Part shown: one piece after another, positions 49,103 through 59,431 of the stretch
How positions within the stretch are numbered: position 1 is the first letter of the stretch
Layout: each line of letters begins with the position of its first letter
Source: an uncultured Bacteroidales bacterium
GTDB lineage: Bacteria > Bacteroidota > Bacteroidia > Bacteroidales > VadinHA17
Reading direction: 5' to 3'
Length of the DNA: 64,000 nucleotides
Assembly (NCBI GenBank): GCA_963760915.1
Contig: CAVXEU010000005.1
Coordinates: 329,739-393,738 of the forward strand
Notes under the pieces: generated by a model
What the model saw: only the letters and a program-made list of their open reading frames with translations
Told to the model about the DNA's origin: nothing
Database searches by the model: none
Translations under genes and position numbers: made by a program

Positions 49103-50056
49103 TTATTCCAGAAAAGAAATTCCCGCTCTCGCTCCAACCTTACGAATATAATCTGATGCTAACTTATACTCCTCCTGTTTCTCCAAATGCTCAAGCATCA
49201 ATGGAACATCCTTAAGCTTACCAGCTTCCTGTAAAAAGACAGTATAATCCAAATACCCTGTTCCAGGTCTGCATTCCTGTAAATAAACTGTGTATTTTGG
49301 AACAATGACTATATCTTTAGCATGAATAGATTTTATAAAAGGGCCCAGTTTATTAAAACACTCTTTCAGGAATGCAGCATTCTTATAGTATTTCTGAGGA
49401 CTTGAAATCATATTTACCGGATCCAGGTGAACCCCAAATTGCTTTCGGTTGATAGCTTTGATTATTTCAAGATAAGAATCCGGAGAATCTGGGAGCATAT
49501 AGGGCATAGCCTCAAGTGTATAAAAAGTGTTTACAGGTTTTACCATATCAATGACATGACGGACAGTTTCTATTATCAGATCAAATGTTGATTTCGAATA
49601 ATTTTCAGGGTAAGGTCCATCCCATTGTTCACCTCTGGCACCGGAAATATTAACACAACAATTAGCTCCTATCTCATCTGCCAACTGGAGCGATGCAACA
49701 TTTTTCAGAATTGCCGCTTTGCTCACCGAATCGTTAGGATCAAGCATATTACTCCATGCGCCCACTTCAGGGATCAGGATATTGTTTTTTTTTGCTTCAG
49801 TTCTGAAGGCTTTTATCATCTCTGCTGATGCTCCAGGCTGAACAGGGCAATAGGCTGCACTGTACTTCAATGACTTAATAGCTTTTATCCATTCGACAGG
49901 ATCAGTAAAATTACCAGACAGGGGTGCCCCAAGCCTTATCGAATTACCTGTTGCACGGACTTTTCCAGCCTTTAAAATCGACGGTCTGATAGCTAAACCC
50001 GTACCTATAATGGCGCTTGTCGTTATAAACCGGCGTCTGCTATAATGATTTTCCAT
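49103..50056 (-). CDS. sugar phosphate isomerase/epimerase (xylose isomerase-like TIM barrel) with twin-arginine signal
   Basis: The start MENHYSRRRFITTSAIIGTGLA is a Tat-type signal, followed by a TIM-barrel-length body. The 16-codon upstream extension in the ORF track is unlikely. Confidence 0.75.
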   Translation of the reverse strand: MENHYSRRRFITTSAIIGTGLAIRPSILKAGKVRATGNSIRLGAPLSGNFTDPVEWIKAIKSLKYSAAYCPVQPGASAEMIKAFRTEAKKNNILIPEVGAWSNMLDPNDSVSKAAILKNVASLQLADEIGANCCVNISGARGEQWDGPYPENYSKSTFDLIIETVRHVIDMVKPVNTFYTLEAMPYMLPDSPDSYLEIIKAINRKQFGVHLDPVNMISSPQKYYKNAAFLKECFNKLGPFIKSIHAKDIVIVPKYTVYLQECRPGTGYLDYTVFLQEAGKLKDVPLMLEHLEKQEEYKLASDYIRKVGARAGISFLE

Positions 50057-50170
50057 AATTATTTCAAGATTAAAAGTACCTTCCAATATAACTGCTTCCA
50101 ACAATAAGCTTTTTCATTGAAAGCGGGTCAATAGTGTCCTGTTTTCTATAAATAACTTTTCCTCCGGGCT

Positions 50171-50380
50171 CTAACATAATTGTGTAAGGTAAAGCACCCT
50201 GCCATTATTAACATTGCTTACATATAGTACGTTTCTTATATTGTCGTAAGCAATAGACTCAGGGCTTAGCATTATACTGTCAGTATCCCACGATTTGGTA
50301 AGTATAATGGATTTATCTTTACATGATGAAAATAAGATTACGCGTATGAGAGCGATTAATAAAATCAGGTCTCTGTTCAC
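50171..50380 (-). pseudogene. N-terminal fragment of a beta-propeller (SMP-30/gluconolactonase-like) lipoprotein
   Basis: A 69-codon ORF (GTG start) with lipobox FSSC and PESIAYDNIRNVLYVSNVNNG, then a stop. Protein-like sequence continues in another frame (...LEPGGKVIYRKQDTIDPL...) until the neighbouring gene begins. Confidence 0.35.
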
Positions 50381-50662
50381 AGTTTAAGTTATTAAGAACA
50401 TACAATATTATTTAAAAGTACATTTTTTATTGAATAGGATGGATAAATGAAACAAGAAACATATGAAGCTAACCTCTTTACACACGAAAACCATACGCTA
50501 AAAATCAATGAGTGGCTTTTTTATGTTTCAGGAACAGTTTATGATGCAGCCCGCTTTCAAATTCTGAAATGGTGTAAATACAATTGAAAACCGGCCATAA
50601 CAACCCCAACCTTTGATATGCTAAGGTAAATATGACAATTTAATGCACTGACGCCTGAATGT

Positions 50663-52090
50663 TTACTTTGAGGTGGCCTCTGCCGGTTTAACAGTCGGAC
50701 CCAATGGTTGTCCAGGTTCGGATGAATTGGATCTGCCATCAGTCATAAACAACATGAATTGGGGGTTATCCTTCGTATAAGGTTTCCAGATCTCATCTCC
50801 TTTTCCGTTAGGATTGCCATACTTAGCAAAACTTGTCCAGCAGTCGACCATATACTTACTCAATGCTTCATCTCCTTTAGTTAATGGTCGCCAGCAACGG
50901 TCAAGGGTATGAAAAACAAACCACAACTCTGACGAGTGGAATGCCCCGGCATCGTCACCCGGTAGTGGGCGTGCAAACTGATAAGCATAAGCCTTTCCCT
51001 TATTTTCTTCCCTAACAAGGCAGAAATCGGCTATGGGTTTGCTGTTACCCATCATATCTCCTGTTGTACCACCAATTATATACGGGATATCAGCCAGGTT
51101 ACCGCTAACGGCAGCATCTCTGAAGCTTTCCTTCAGGAGATAACCATCCACATTTGGAGACAAGTCAACCCTTCTGTTCCAGGACTTCATAAAGTCAGCA
51201 GTTCTGTTTTCAAAATCACCTAAACTGTCAGCCGGTACAGCCCGCATATCTTCGATTGAACTGCAGCCATAGAAGTTCATAATACCCTTACCTGTCTGTT
51301 CTGCATCTTCTAACATATTTGCCGGCCTGCTACTAATGCCACCACCGCTCTGCATGATTGCAGCATTGATAAGCCCCTTTGTTAATGGAGATGCAACAAG
51401 TGCCTGAACGCTTCCGGCTCCGGCACTTTGTCCGAAAATCATTACTTTATCAGGATCCCCGCCGAACTGGCTAATATTGGTTTTGATCCATTTCAATACA
51501 GCTACCTGGTCCAGAATGCCATAGTTGCCCGACGAATGATGTGGACTTTCAGCTGTGAGTTCAGGATGAGCAAGGAAACCAAGAACTCCTAGACGATAGT
51601 TGATGGTTACAAGAATAACTCCCTTTTTTGCCCAGGCAATGCCGTCGAATTCATTTTCATGACCAAAACCGTTCCTGTAAGCGCCACCGTGTATCCACAT
51701 CGCAACTGGCAGTTTTGCATCATTTTTACCGGCAGCCGGAGTCCAAACATTCAGATACAGGCAATCTTCGTTCTTGACATGCGGACTCTGAGAATAGAAT
51801 TCTTTATCGTAAAATGACCCAGGATCTGTGAGCTTTTGAGGTGCAACGGCACCAAATGTATCGCAGATTTTGATGCCTTCCCATGGAATAACCGGCTGTG
51901 GCTCACACCAGCGTAAATCCCCTACAGGGGGAGCTGCATAGGGAATGCCTTTATATAGAATGATTCCGTGAGTTTCAGTTTCGACACCCTGAATTTGTCC
52001 TCCCTCTATATTGAGAACCGGATTTTGAACAGTACACCCATAGAGTAAGGAAAGGAAAAATACTACTATGTCAGATTTGAAATTTTTCAT
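50663..52090 (-). CDS. carboxylesterase type B family, secreted or lipoprotein
   Basis: EDCLYLNVW, HGGAY and nucleophile FGQSAGAGSV. 475 aa with an N-terminal signal carrying LLYGC. Confidence 0.9.
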   Translation of the reverse strand: MKNFKSDIVVFFLSLLYGCTVQNPVLNIEGGQIQGVETETHGIILYKGIPYAAPPVGDLRWCEPQPVIPWEGIKICDTFGAVAPQKLTDPGSFYDKEFYSQSPHVKNEDCLYLNVWTPAAGKNDAKLPVAMWIHGGAYRNGFGHENEFDGIAWAKKGVILVTINYRLGVLGFLAHPELTAESPHHSSGNYGILDQVAVLKWIKTNISQFGGDPDKVMIFGQSAGAGSVQALVASPLTKGLINAAIMQSGGGISSRPANMLEDAEQTGKGIMNFYGCSSIEDMRAVPADSLGDFENRTADFMKSWNRRVDLSPNVDGYLLKESFRDAAVSGNLADIPYIIGGTTGDMMGNSKPIADFCLVREENKGKAYAYQFARPLPGDDAGAFHSSELWFVFHTLDRCWRPLTKGDEALSKYMVDCWTSFAKYGNPNGKGDEIWKPYTKDNPQFMLFMTDGRSNSSEPGQPLGPTVKPAEATSK

Positions 52091-52639
52091 ATTCTATTGC
52101 CTGATTATTATTCATTAACATGAAACCAAATTAGTAAAAATATTCTGTGAATTTTAATATTTGTCTCCATTACCGAAAGTTTTTATGAATTTATCTGAAT
52201 TATTAAATGTTTTAAATCCTTAAAAGACAACTGTCAGGAAGGAGTACAGTGAATTTTTAAAACAATTTGGTCCCCCTAACGGATAATAGTAGTTACCTGT
52301 TGAAAGATCAGAGAAAAGGGGGTAAAATTAGGTGTCTGCCAGGGCTAGGAATTTAAGATTCAAACTATTGACCCGGAATAAAATGTCATTCCGAATGAAT
52401 CCCGCCAGAGATGGATGAATGAGGAATCTCTCAAAATACAAAAACAAATCAATTAAATTGAAAAGGACAATTTGAAATGCTTGATTCCCGATACTCAAAA
52501 AAGTTTTAAAGCCGGGAAGGTTGACCACATTAAACCGGTAATATCACAGTTTAATTAAATAATTGGCAAAAGGCATGTAGATCCAATTTTTAGTGGCCAA
52601 TATGATGCGGGTAAGTATGATTAAGGTTAATGGCTTTTC

Positions 52640-53069
52640 TCAGACTATTTCCCATTCTTCTATTTCACCCTCAATTATCTCAAAAAGAGGATGGGGTTCA
52701 ATATTAGTTTTTTTTAATAATCTATGATATCTCTCTGCATCCCGGGTTTTCAATTTCTTTAACAGATGCTGCATCTCATATTCTATTTGCCTTCGGGTAA
52801 CAGTTAAAGTTACCGGTTCGCAATAAATGTTGAATTGAGCTTTATTAAAATGATATCCGCGTGTTTGCGATTCCTGGTAAACTGCTGCCAGGTATTGATT
52901 AATCCCCTCGAGCGGATTGTCTGATTTTTTAAAGCGTATTAATTGCGGATGATTTTTATACCCTTTGGTTTTTTCATCCAATACATTTTTCGCCAGAATG
53001 GCTCTCTCGCCAAAGTGCAACCAGACCTTTAGCATCCAGATATTTAGGATGTATGGACCAGATCCTCAT
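52640..53069 (-). pseudogene. pyrimidine dimer DNA glycosylase (endonuclease V / DenV family), frameshifted near the N-terminus
   Basis: An upstream 31-codon ORF from ATG 53069 reads MRIWSIHPKYLDAKGLVALWRE.... ORF 52640..53035 continues as ...AILAKNVLDEKTKGYKNHPQLIRFK. The span is 430 nt (1 mod 3). Dropping one base in the GAGAGAG run (plus strand 53001..53010) gives a 142-aa ORF. Confidence 0.75.
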
Positions 53070-53195
53070 AATGTATATATATTTTCAAGTACTTTGTCCG
53101 GCAATCAAATATTTCATTTAATTTATTTTTAATGATACGAGTATTGGCAATACGACCCGATAAACCGACCGGAGGTTTATAACAAACAATATTTT

Positions 53196-53924
53196 TTATT
53201 GAAGTTCCTTCAATATTCTCAATGCTTCATCTACATGTTTAGTAGACTGTATCTGGGAATTAAAGATATAGGTCACTTTGCCTGTCTTATCAGCAATGTA
53301 TGTCACGCGGCCGGGTAACAATCCCATCAAGTTAGTGGGCACACCAAATTGTTTGCGTATTTTATTGCCTTCGTCACTTAAAAGTGTGAACCTGAGCCTG
53401 TGTTTTTCAGCAAATTCTTTGTGACTTTCTACTGATTGGCCACTGATTCCAATAATAATAGCATCGGCTTCCTTAAAAACATCAAACTGATCGCGAAATG
53501 AACAGGCCTCTTTGGTGCATCCGGGGCTATCGTCTTTAGGATAAAAATAAATCACAAGGTTCTTTTTACCAAGTACAGAATTGATGTCAAACAGATTTCC
53601 GTCCTGATCAGGCAATGTAAATGTTGGAATAATGCTTCCGATTTTGATTTCGTTCATATTATTTTTTTGACTAAAGGTTAAATAAGATGCAAATAAGAGC
53701 AGGTAAATGATTAGATAAAAACGATAAAAATTTCTAAGTTTCAAGTAATTCCGATTATCAGGATACATGTTTCCGAAAAGGGCTTTCAGTTCTTTGGTAA
53801 AAAGTGGTTTGATGTTTATGGTCCACTTATCGGTCCGGTAAACTATTTTACGAAATTTGCTCCGGTAGAATGCCAGAGGCAAACCCCATATAATGAATAT
53901 TACAAGCCAGATGTTTTTGTGCAA
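53196..53924 (-). CDS. Bcp/AhpC-TSA type peroxiredoxin with N-terminal membrane or signal extension
   Basis: FTLPDQDGN..., YFYPKDDSPGCTKEAC (peroxidatic Cys context) and SVESHKEF. It is preceded by ~90 aa containing two hydrophobic segments. An alternative start at 53768 would give a classical signal peptide ending TFSQ. Confidence 0.8.
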   Translation of the reverse strand: MHKNIWLVIFIIWGLPLAFYRSKFRKIVYRTDKWTINIKPLFTKELKALFGNMYPDNRNYLKLRNFYRFYLIIYLLLFASYLTFSQKNNMNEIKIGSIIPTFTLPDQDGNLFDINSVLGKKNLVIYFYPKDDSPGCTKEACSFRDQFDVFKEADAIIIGISGQSVESHKEFAEKHRLRFTLLSDEGNKIRKQFGVPTNLMGLLPGRVTYIADKTGKVTYIFNSQIQSTKHVDEALRILKELQ

Positions 53925-54020
53925 CAGTATAATTCTATTAAGTTGAGTGTTTCTGCTTTATTTGCAGTAATATAATATAGTAAATTTACTAATTTACAGA
54001 TATATATAAAAATAATTATA

Positions 54021-54770
54021 TCAGAAGTATATAGAAAGGCCAACCGAAGCGTAATTGAACAGAGCAAAATTGTAAACCTCATCATTGTCCGCACCACCTT
54101 CAAGCATACGGTATCCGGCTTTTAAACCAAAATGGTCAGAAAACCTGTAAGTTGCTGCGATCAGAATATCTTCTGCTCTGCCCTGTGGCGCTGCAAGGGC
54201 ATCGCCTTCCATAAGGATTCCAAATTTTTCATAAGGACTCCATAACATCATGAAATTGATAATTGGTACAAAGCCCACATTTGCCTTCTCACTTTCTAAT
54301 CCTGCAGAAACCAGTGATATCTTGGCATCTCTGATTTTTGCAGTAAAACCTAGTCCGAATTCAAACTTCGGATTAAGTATAATTGCGTAGCGATATGTTA
54401 ATCTGTATGAATTAAATATGTAAGTGCCTGTCAGGGCAGTATTTGCAGGAAAGGTTACTCCTTCAAAAAATATGTCAGTTGGCACACTCCCATTTGAAAC
54501 AGTTTCGAGGGGAGCATATAGTAATGATAAAGTATGACGGGATTTTATTGTATAGTTAACCCTTATCCGGAAATAAATCTCCGTTTTTGATTTTAAATCA
54601 TCTTTCAATGAAAAAAGTGTCCCCTGGTCCCCGGGAATACGGACATTATTATACCCTGTCCCGACAGCACCTGTTTCCAGGTCTAAAGAAGCCTGGCCAT
54701 TCAGGGACAAAACATTAAATGACAGGATAATCATAAAACAGGTCACTGGCAGCAAGAATTTATTCTTCAT
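54021..54770 (-). CDS. putative outer-membrane beta-barrel protein
   Basis: Signal peptide, alternating-strand pattern and terminal ...VGLSIYF. Confidence 0.5.
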   Translation of the reverse strand: MKNKFLLPVTCFMIILSFNVLSLNGQASLDLETGAVGTGYNNVRIPGDQGTLFSLKDDLKSKTEIYFRIRVNYTIKSRHTLSLLYAPLETVSNGSVPTDIFFEGVTFPANTALTGTYIFNSYRLTYRYAIILNPKFEFGLGFTAKIRDAKISLVSAGLESEKANVGFVPIINFMMLWSPYEKFGILMEGDALAAPQGRAEDILIAATYRFSDHFGLKAGYRMLEGGADNDEVYNFALFNYASVGLSIYF

Positions 54771-55366
54771 AATTTTATATTTATTTTACAATCAATAATT
54801 TTTCATAGAAACCTCATCAGTAAAAACCAATTAATGGTCAATTTACGATAATAGGTTAACATTCAATAACAAACCTTTCAATTTATTATTCCTGCAAAAA
54901 GTACATGGATAACCGTATTTGTTGTTTTTCTTTCCAGTCAACTGACACAATAATTTCATTTCTTCTGCCAGAAAATTGGTAAGCAGGTTAATATCCCGGG
55001 AATCTTAATGCTGAAGAGATAAGTAAGCTTTCTTACCTTCTGAAAAAACTCATTTTGGATACAAGGATCCGCCGGATGACAGAGACGCAGTTCCGCTCGG
55101 CAGAAATGGTAGAGACGCAACCAGTTGTAAGTGATTTAAAGTTTTAATAATTAATGTATTATCAGAGGTAAGACCGACATCGTTAAAGAGACTAACAGCC
55201 AGACATGTGATATCCCTGATGCCTTTGAAAAGGAATATCAGATAGACAAGCAGGGAATTTTCACTTGTAATCTGCTCATGATAATTCAATAAAAGGGTAA
55301 ATACCCTTAAACAAAATTAAAAGAATCCATACATTTACAGTATAATAAATAAATGAACTGTGATTA

Positions 55367-57346
55367 ATGAAGGAAATAGTTTTTCTTTTTTTTATAATTC
55401 ACCTGTCTCTTGGCTCTCATGAGTTATCATACAAACAGAATAAGGAAGATAGTTTAACTGAACTCCTTCAAAGTAAAAGAGATTCTTCCAGGATTTCAGC
55501 TCTTCTCTCATTGTGCTGGGAGCTTAGAAATGCCTCCCCTGAAGAATCAATAAAATATGGAACTGAGGCAATTGATTTAGCTAATCAATACAAAGATTAT
55601 AATAGTCTCGCAAAAGCATACGGTTTTGTGGGTGTTGCATACAGGATAATGGGGAATTACTCCAAATCAGTTGACTTTTATTACATGGGACTTGAAATAG
55701 CTGATAAACATAAAATCCCCGAACAAGCTGGTTATGCTCATCTGAATCTTGCAAACTTATATATTTATCAGGAACTTGTTTCGCTGGCTACTGAGAATGT
55801 AAAAAAAGCTGATGCAATTGCCAGGGAAATTGATAATCAACCTATGCTTGCCTATGTTAATCAGTATAATGGTAGAATCTATAGTCTTGGTGGTAAACTT
55901 GATAGCGCTTTATTATGCTACCAAAAATCTCTTTTATTGAGGCAGGAACTTAATCAATTGCCTGAAGTGGCTACCTGCTACAAGTATATCGGAGATATAT
56001 ATTTCCAAAAGGGTAGCTTTTTAACTGCAAGTAAAAACTATAATCTGTCGTTTGAGAAAGTTGACAAACAAAATGATAAAGATCTATATGCGAACCTGCT
56101 TATTAAGAAATCGCTGATTTTTGTAAAAGAGGATAATCTGAAGGAAGCTTCAGACATGGCTCATGAAGGCCTGAAAATTGCCAGTCAGATAGGGGCGAAT
56201 ATGGCTATAAGAGATGCTTTACAGGTTCTGGTGATAGTATCTTTAAAAACGCAGGATTATAAGTCAGCATCGGATTTCCAGCAAACAGTAATTCAATATG
56301 ATGATACACTGTTCAGCAAGCATTTGTCTGAAAAGATCTTCTTGCTTGAATATCAATTAGAAAGACAACAAAGAAATACTAAAATTGATCTCCTGAATAA
56401 AGACAACGCAATAAAGGAGCTTAAGATTAAACGTATAGGCATCATTAGCATAGGTCTGACTTCAATAATTGCGCTTCTAATAGCAGTTTTTATTGTATTG
56501 CTTATACTTCTTAAGCAAAGGAGAGATCACGAAAAAATTCTTGAGTTGAATAATCATGAAATTATAGAACAGCACAACAGCATTGAGCATCAAAACAGGA
56601 AATTAATTGATGCAAATGAAAAATTGGAAAAATCTGAAGAAGAGCTGAAGAAAATAGTTCAAACAAAAGACAAACTTTTTTCAATTATTGCACATGACCT
56701 TCGGAATCCATTTACTGCTCTGACAGGGCTTACAGAAGTTCTGCAAGGGAAAGCAGATACTTTTGATGCAATCGAAATGAACTCATATATCTCAATGATA
56801 AATGAATCATCTCATAAGTTGTTGCAACTTATTGATAACCTGCTGGAATGGGCGAGAAGCCAGACAGGTACACTGAAACCTGTTAAAACAAATCTTATTC
56901 TTAAAAATATGGCAGATGATGTCATGAAAATATATTTGACTCAGGCAGAAACAAAAGGAATAAGCTTGAAAAATGAAATACCTGACAATTTAACTGTTTT
57001 TGCTGATCACGAAATACTTGCCATAATAATCAGGAATCTGATTTCAAATGGGGTAAAGTACACCAAAAAAGGTGGTTATGTTATTCTGACAGCTTATCAG
57101 GAATTTGAAAACACTGTTCTAAAGATCTCAGATACGGGTATAGGCATGAGTCATGAGGTTCTTGAAAAACTCTTTAAAATTGAGGAAACATTTACAACAG
57201 TAGGAACTGGCAATGAGGCGGGAACGGGATTAGGATTAGTTATCTGTAAAGAATTTATAGAGACCCTTGGTGGCACAATTGCTGTTGAAAGCAGTGTTGG
57301 TAAAGGGACTTCTTTTAGTGTCACTTTACAAACCTCTAATATTTGA
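55367..57346 (+). CDS. sensor histidine kinase with N-terminal TPR repeats
   Basis: TPR-like helical repeats, one TM helix (IGIISIGLTSIIALLIAVFIVLLILL), a coiled coil, H-box IAHDLRNP and HATPase_c boxes (NLISNGVKYT, DTGIGM, GTGLGL). Confidence 0.85.
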   Translation: MKEIVFLFFIIHLSLGSHELSYKQNKEDSLTELLQSKRDSSRISALLSLCWELRNASPEESIKYGTEAIDLANQYKDYNSLAKAYGFVGVAYRIMGNYSKSVDFYYMGLEIADKHKIPEQAGYAHLNLANLYIYQELVSLATENVKKADAIAREIDNQPMLAYVNQYNGRIYSLGGKLDSALLCYQKSLLLRQELNQLPEVATCYKYIGDIYFQKGSFLTASKNYNLSFEKVDKQNDKDLYANLLIKKSLIFVKEDNLKEASDMAHEGLKIASQIGANMAIRDALQVLVIVSLKTQDYKSASDFQQTVIQYDDTLFSKHLSEKIFLLEYQLERQQRNTKIDLLNKDNAIKELKIKRIGIISIGLTSIIALLIAVFIVLLILLKQRRDHEKILELNNHEIIEQHNSIEHQNRKLIDANEKLEKSEEELKKIVQTKDKLFSIIAHDLRNPFTALTGLTEVLQGKADTFDAIEMNSYISMINESSHKLLQLIDNLLEWARSQTGTLKPVKTNLILKNMADDVMKIYLTQAETKGISLKNEIPDNLTVFADHEILAIIIRNLISNGVKYTKKGGYVILTAYQEFENTVLKISDTGIGMSHEVLEKLFKIEETFTTVGTGNEAGTGLGLVICKEFIETLGGTIAVESSVGKGTSFSVTLQTSNI

Positions 57347-57604
57347 CTGATTTTAAGGCTGGTTTGGAAAAGGTGTAAAAAAACAGAGGTCTGATCACCT
57401 TTCGCCGGATTATATTGACCAACACCAGAATCATGACGATGCAATTCAATGGGAAACAAAGTCTTAAACATATTCATGGAATTATTCAGGATTGAACTAT
57501 TTTATTCGATTTCTGTTTAATCTGTGATTGGATATTATTCAGCAATTGGCAACAGAAAATATATTAGATTCAAATTCTAAGTTTCTTTTATTAATAAAGG
57601 CAAA

Positions 57605-58153
57605 ATGACAATTACGGTATTTTTCTCAGTGGTTTTGGGGATACTTTTGTTGTTCTTTGGAAGAAGGCTTTTCTGGCTTTTTGTGGGAGTGGCTGGTTTT
57701 ATAGCAGGACTAACCCTTATTCCGCAATTAATAAGCGGCCAGTCAGAACTGGTCATTCTATTAATAGCCATAATCGCTGGAATTATTGGTGCCTTTCTGG
57801 CCGTTATGCTGGAAGGGTTGGCTATCCTGATCGCCGGTTTCCTGGCCGGCGGTTATTTAATGACTACATTAGTAGTTCCCATCGGCTTTTCGGTCTCAGT
57901 TGAACCTTCGGTAATCTACATCATTGGAGGCATTATTGGACTTCTGCTGGTGGCTGTCTTATTCGACTGGGCAATTATCATTCTATCCACGTTGCTGGGG
58001 GCTGATATTCTTATGCCGCATCTGCACATCTCCGGTTCCATTTATTGGCTGATTTTCCTTGGATTGGTTGTTGTTGGTATAGCTGTACAGGCTGGTATCT
58101 GGCATAGTCGTTATCCTGTTAAACGTACATGGGGTCGTCGTCCCTGGTATTAA
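57605..58153 (+). CDS. polytopic membrane protein (DUF4203/TMEM198-like guess)
   Basis: 182 aa with 5-6 Gly/Ile/Leu-rich TM helices and a basic C-terminus. Confidence 0.5.
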   Translation: MTITVFFSVVLGILLLFFGRRLFWLFVGVAGFIAGLTLIPQLISGQSELVILLIAIIAGIIGAFLAVMLEGLAILIAGFLAGGYLMTTLVVPIGFSVSVEPSVIYIIGGIIGLLLVAVLFDWAIIILSTLLGADILMPHLHISGSIYWLIFLGLVVVGIAVQAGIWHSRYPVKRTWGRRPWY

Positions 58154-58551
58154 TCCCAATCTCAACATTAACCTCAACTTCAGTCTCACCTCAACATCAG
58201 GCTCGGCTTTGCAACTAAGGTGTGAAAAGCTATATCTGTATTCTCATCAGGAATTTGTTAAAGAGATAATGGACTTCCCCTACCTTAAATGGCTGAATAT
58301 GCGAGTAAAAACGCTTACTCTGGCTTCTGCAAAAAAATTTTCTTTACTGATTGCTAAACGCTGAAATTCTTTCAATTAGAGGTAACATAATATTGAAAAA
58401 ATCTCTGCGTAATTGGTCGTCAGTGTTTATGTCAAAACTAATTGCTTTCAGAGTCAGACTATTTTCTTTGCAGAAGTTTTTTGATTTTCGTTAGCTGCCG
58501 GTTTTAAAAATCCGCATACGAATTTAGAGCTTATATCAATTCTAAGCCGGT

Positions 58552-59001
58552 TTACCGCTCTTTATTATCCCTATACATTTTTTTATCGTGGTTGTCATCC
58601 CTTCTGTGTTTCCTTTCCCAATGGCCCTTCTGCCATGATTTTCCGCGGGAACCTGACTCCCAGTGACCAGGAACGTAGGAATGGTTTGGTCTCGGCCGTG
58701 CCCAGTAACCAGGCTCCCTTTCATAACTATCTCTGCCGGAATCCCATCTCCAGCCACCTTCTATCCATATATAATTATCGCCCGGACGTGCCGGTCTTTC
58801 AATCTCAACTCCATATGATGGCTCTGTTGCAACCCAACCCACAGCGCAGGAATTAAATATTGCTGCCATACCGGTAAACATAAAAAGAAAACATATTCTC
58901 TTTATTGTCTTTGCTGCATTAGTGTGAAACCTGCTATTAATTGAACTGTAACGGCCGTTTACGAAATGCATTTTTCTTAGTATTCTGACATTTGTTTTCA
59001 T
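58552..59001 (-). CDS. WxxGxW-repeat lipoprotein-like protein, start uncertain
   Basis: Repeats WIEGGWRW, PGYWARP, PGHWESG and KGHWER. Possible lipobox IFNSC. Highly basic tail. Confidence 0.5.
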   Translation of the reverse strand: MKTNVRILRKMHFVNGRYSSINSRFHTNAAKTIKRICFLFMFTGMAAIFNSCAVGWVATEPSYGVEIERPARPGDNYIWIEGGWRWDSGRDSYEREPGYWARPRPNHSYVPGHWESGSRGKSWQKGHWERKHRRDDNHDKKMYRDNKER

Positions 59002-59431
59002 ACCGTATGTTATTTTTAAATGAGAACTAAAATTCTAAAATCCTTCCCAAAAAGAATTTATGTATATTTCAGGAATATCTCTTTTTTAGCTTCTTTCGTC
59101 AGTTCCAAATCTTATATTTTAGTTATAACTATAATATTTATGTTTTGTTCAATTCAACTTAATTCTATTCAATTCGTATTATATTACCCTCAAATATAGT
59201 GGCTAAAGCAGCTGGAGAGACTAACAAAAAAGTATTTATATTTTTATAATAAGCAATGGACCGGGACGCCAAAAAAGAGGGAATTGTCAGCTCAGGCAAA
59301 CACTCTCACAGTTGCTTATTTTCTTTACCCCGGAAAGACTAAAATTGCAAGCTTTTTTATTAAATTGTTCTGATGATATCTGCTGCTTTTATTATGGCGA
59401 ATTCCAGGGAGACAAACATTTGGAATAAATA

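Noticed and set aside
52380-52435. GTCATTCCGAA...GAGGAATCTC sequence resembling the short elements that often yield spurious HSERSEESL/RNDK-type ORFs in many bacterial genomes, inside listed ORF 52328..52528
   Set aside because: There is a single interrupted copy and I cannot verify the family from memory alone. The 66-aa ORF covering it looks spurious. A genome-wide search for the flanking 10-mers would settle it.
55050-55289. 79-aa ORF and a 9-bp direct repeat AGAGACGCA (twice, ~26 bp apart) upstream of the TPR kinase
   Set aside because: The ORF has no recognisable features. The repeat is short and could be chance or a small duplication.
58158-58200. Periodic CCTCAAC motif (three copies) right after the DUF4203-like gene, and the antisense ORF 57983..58189
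   Set aside because: The repeat is short and low in complexity. The antisense ORF mostly overlaps a membrane-protein gene and reads as a leucine/arginine artefact.
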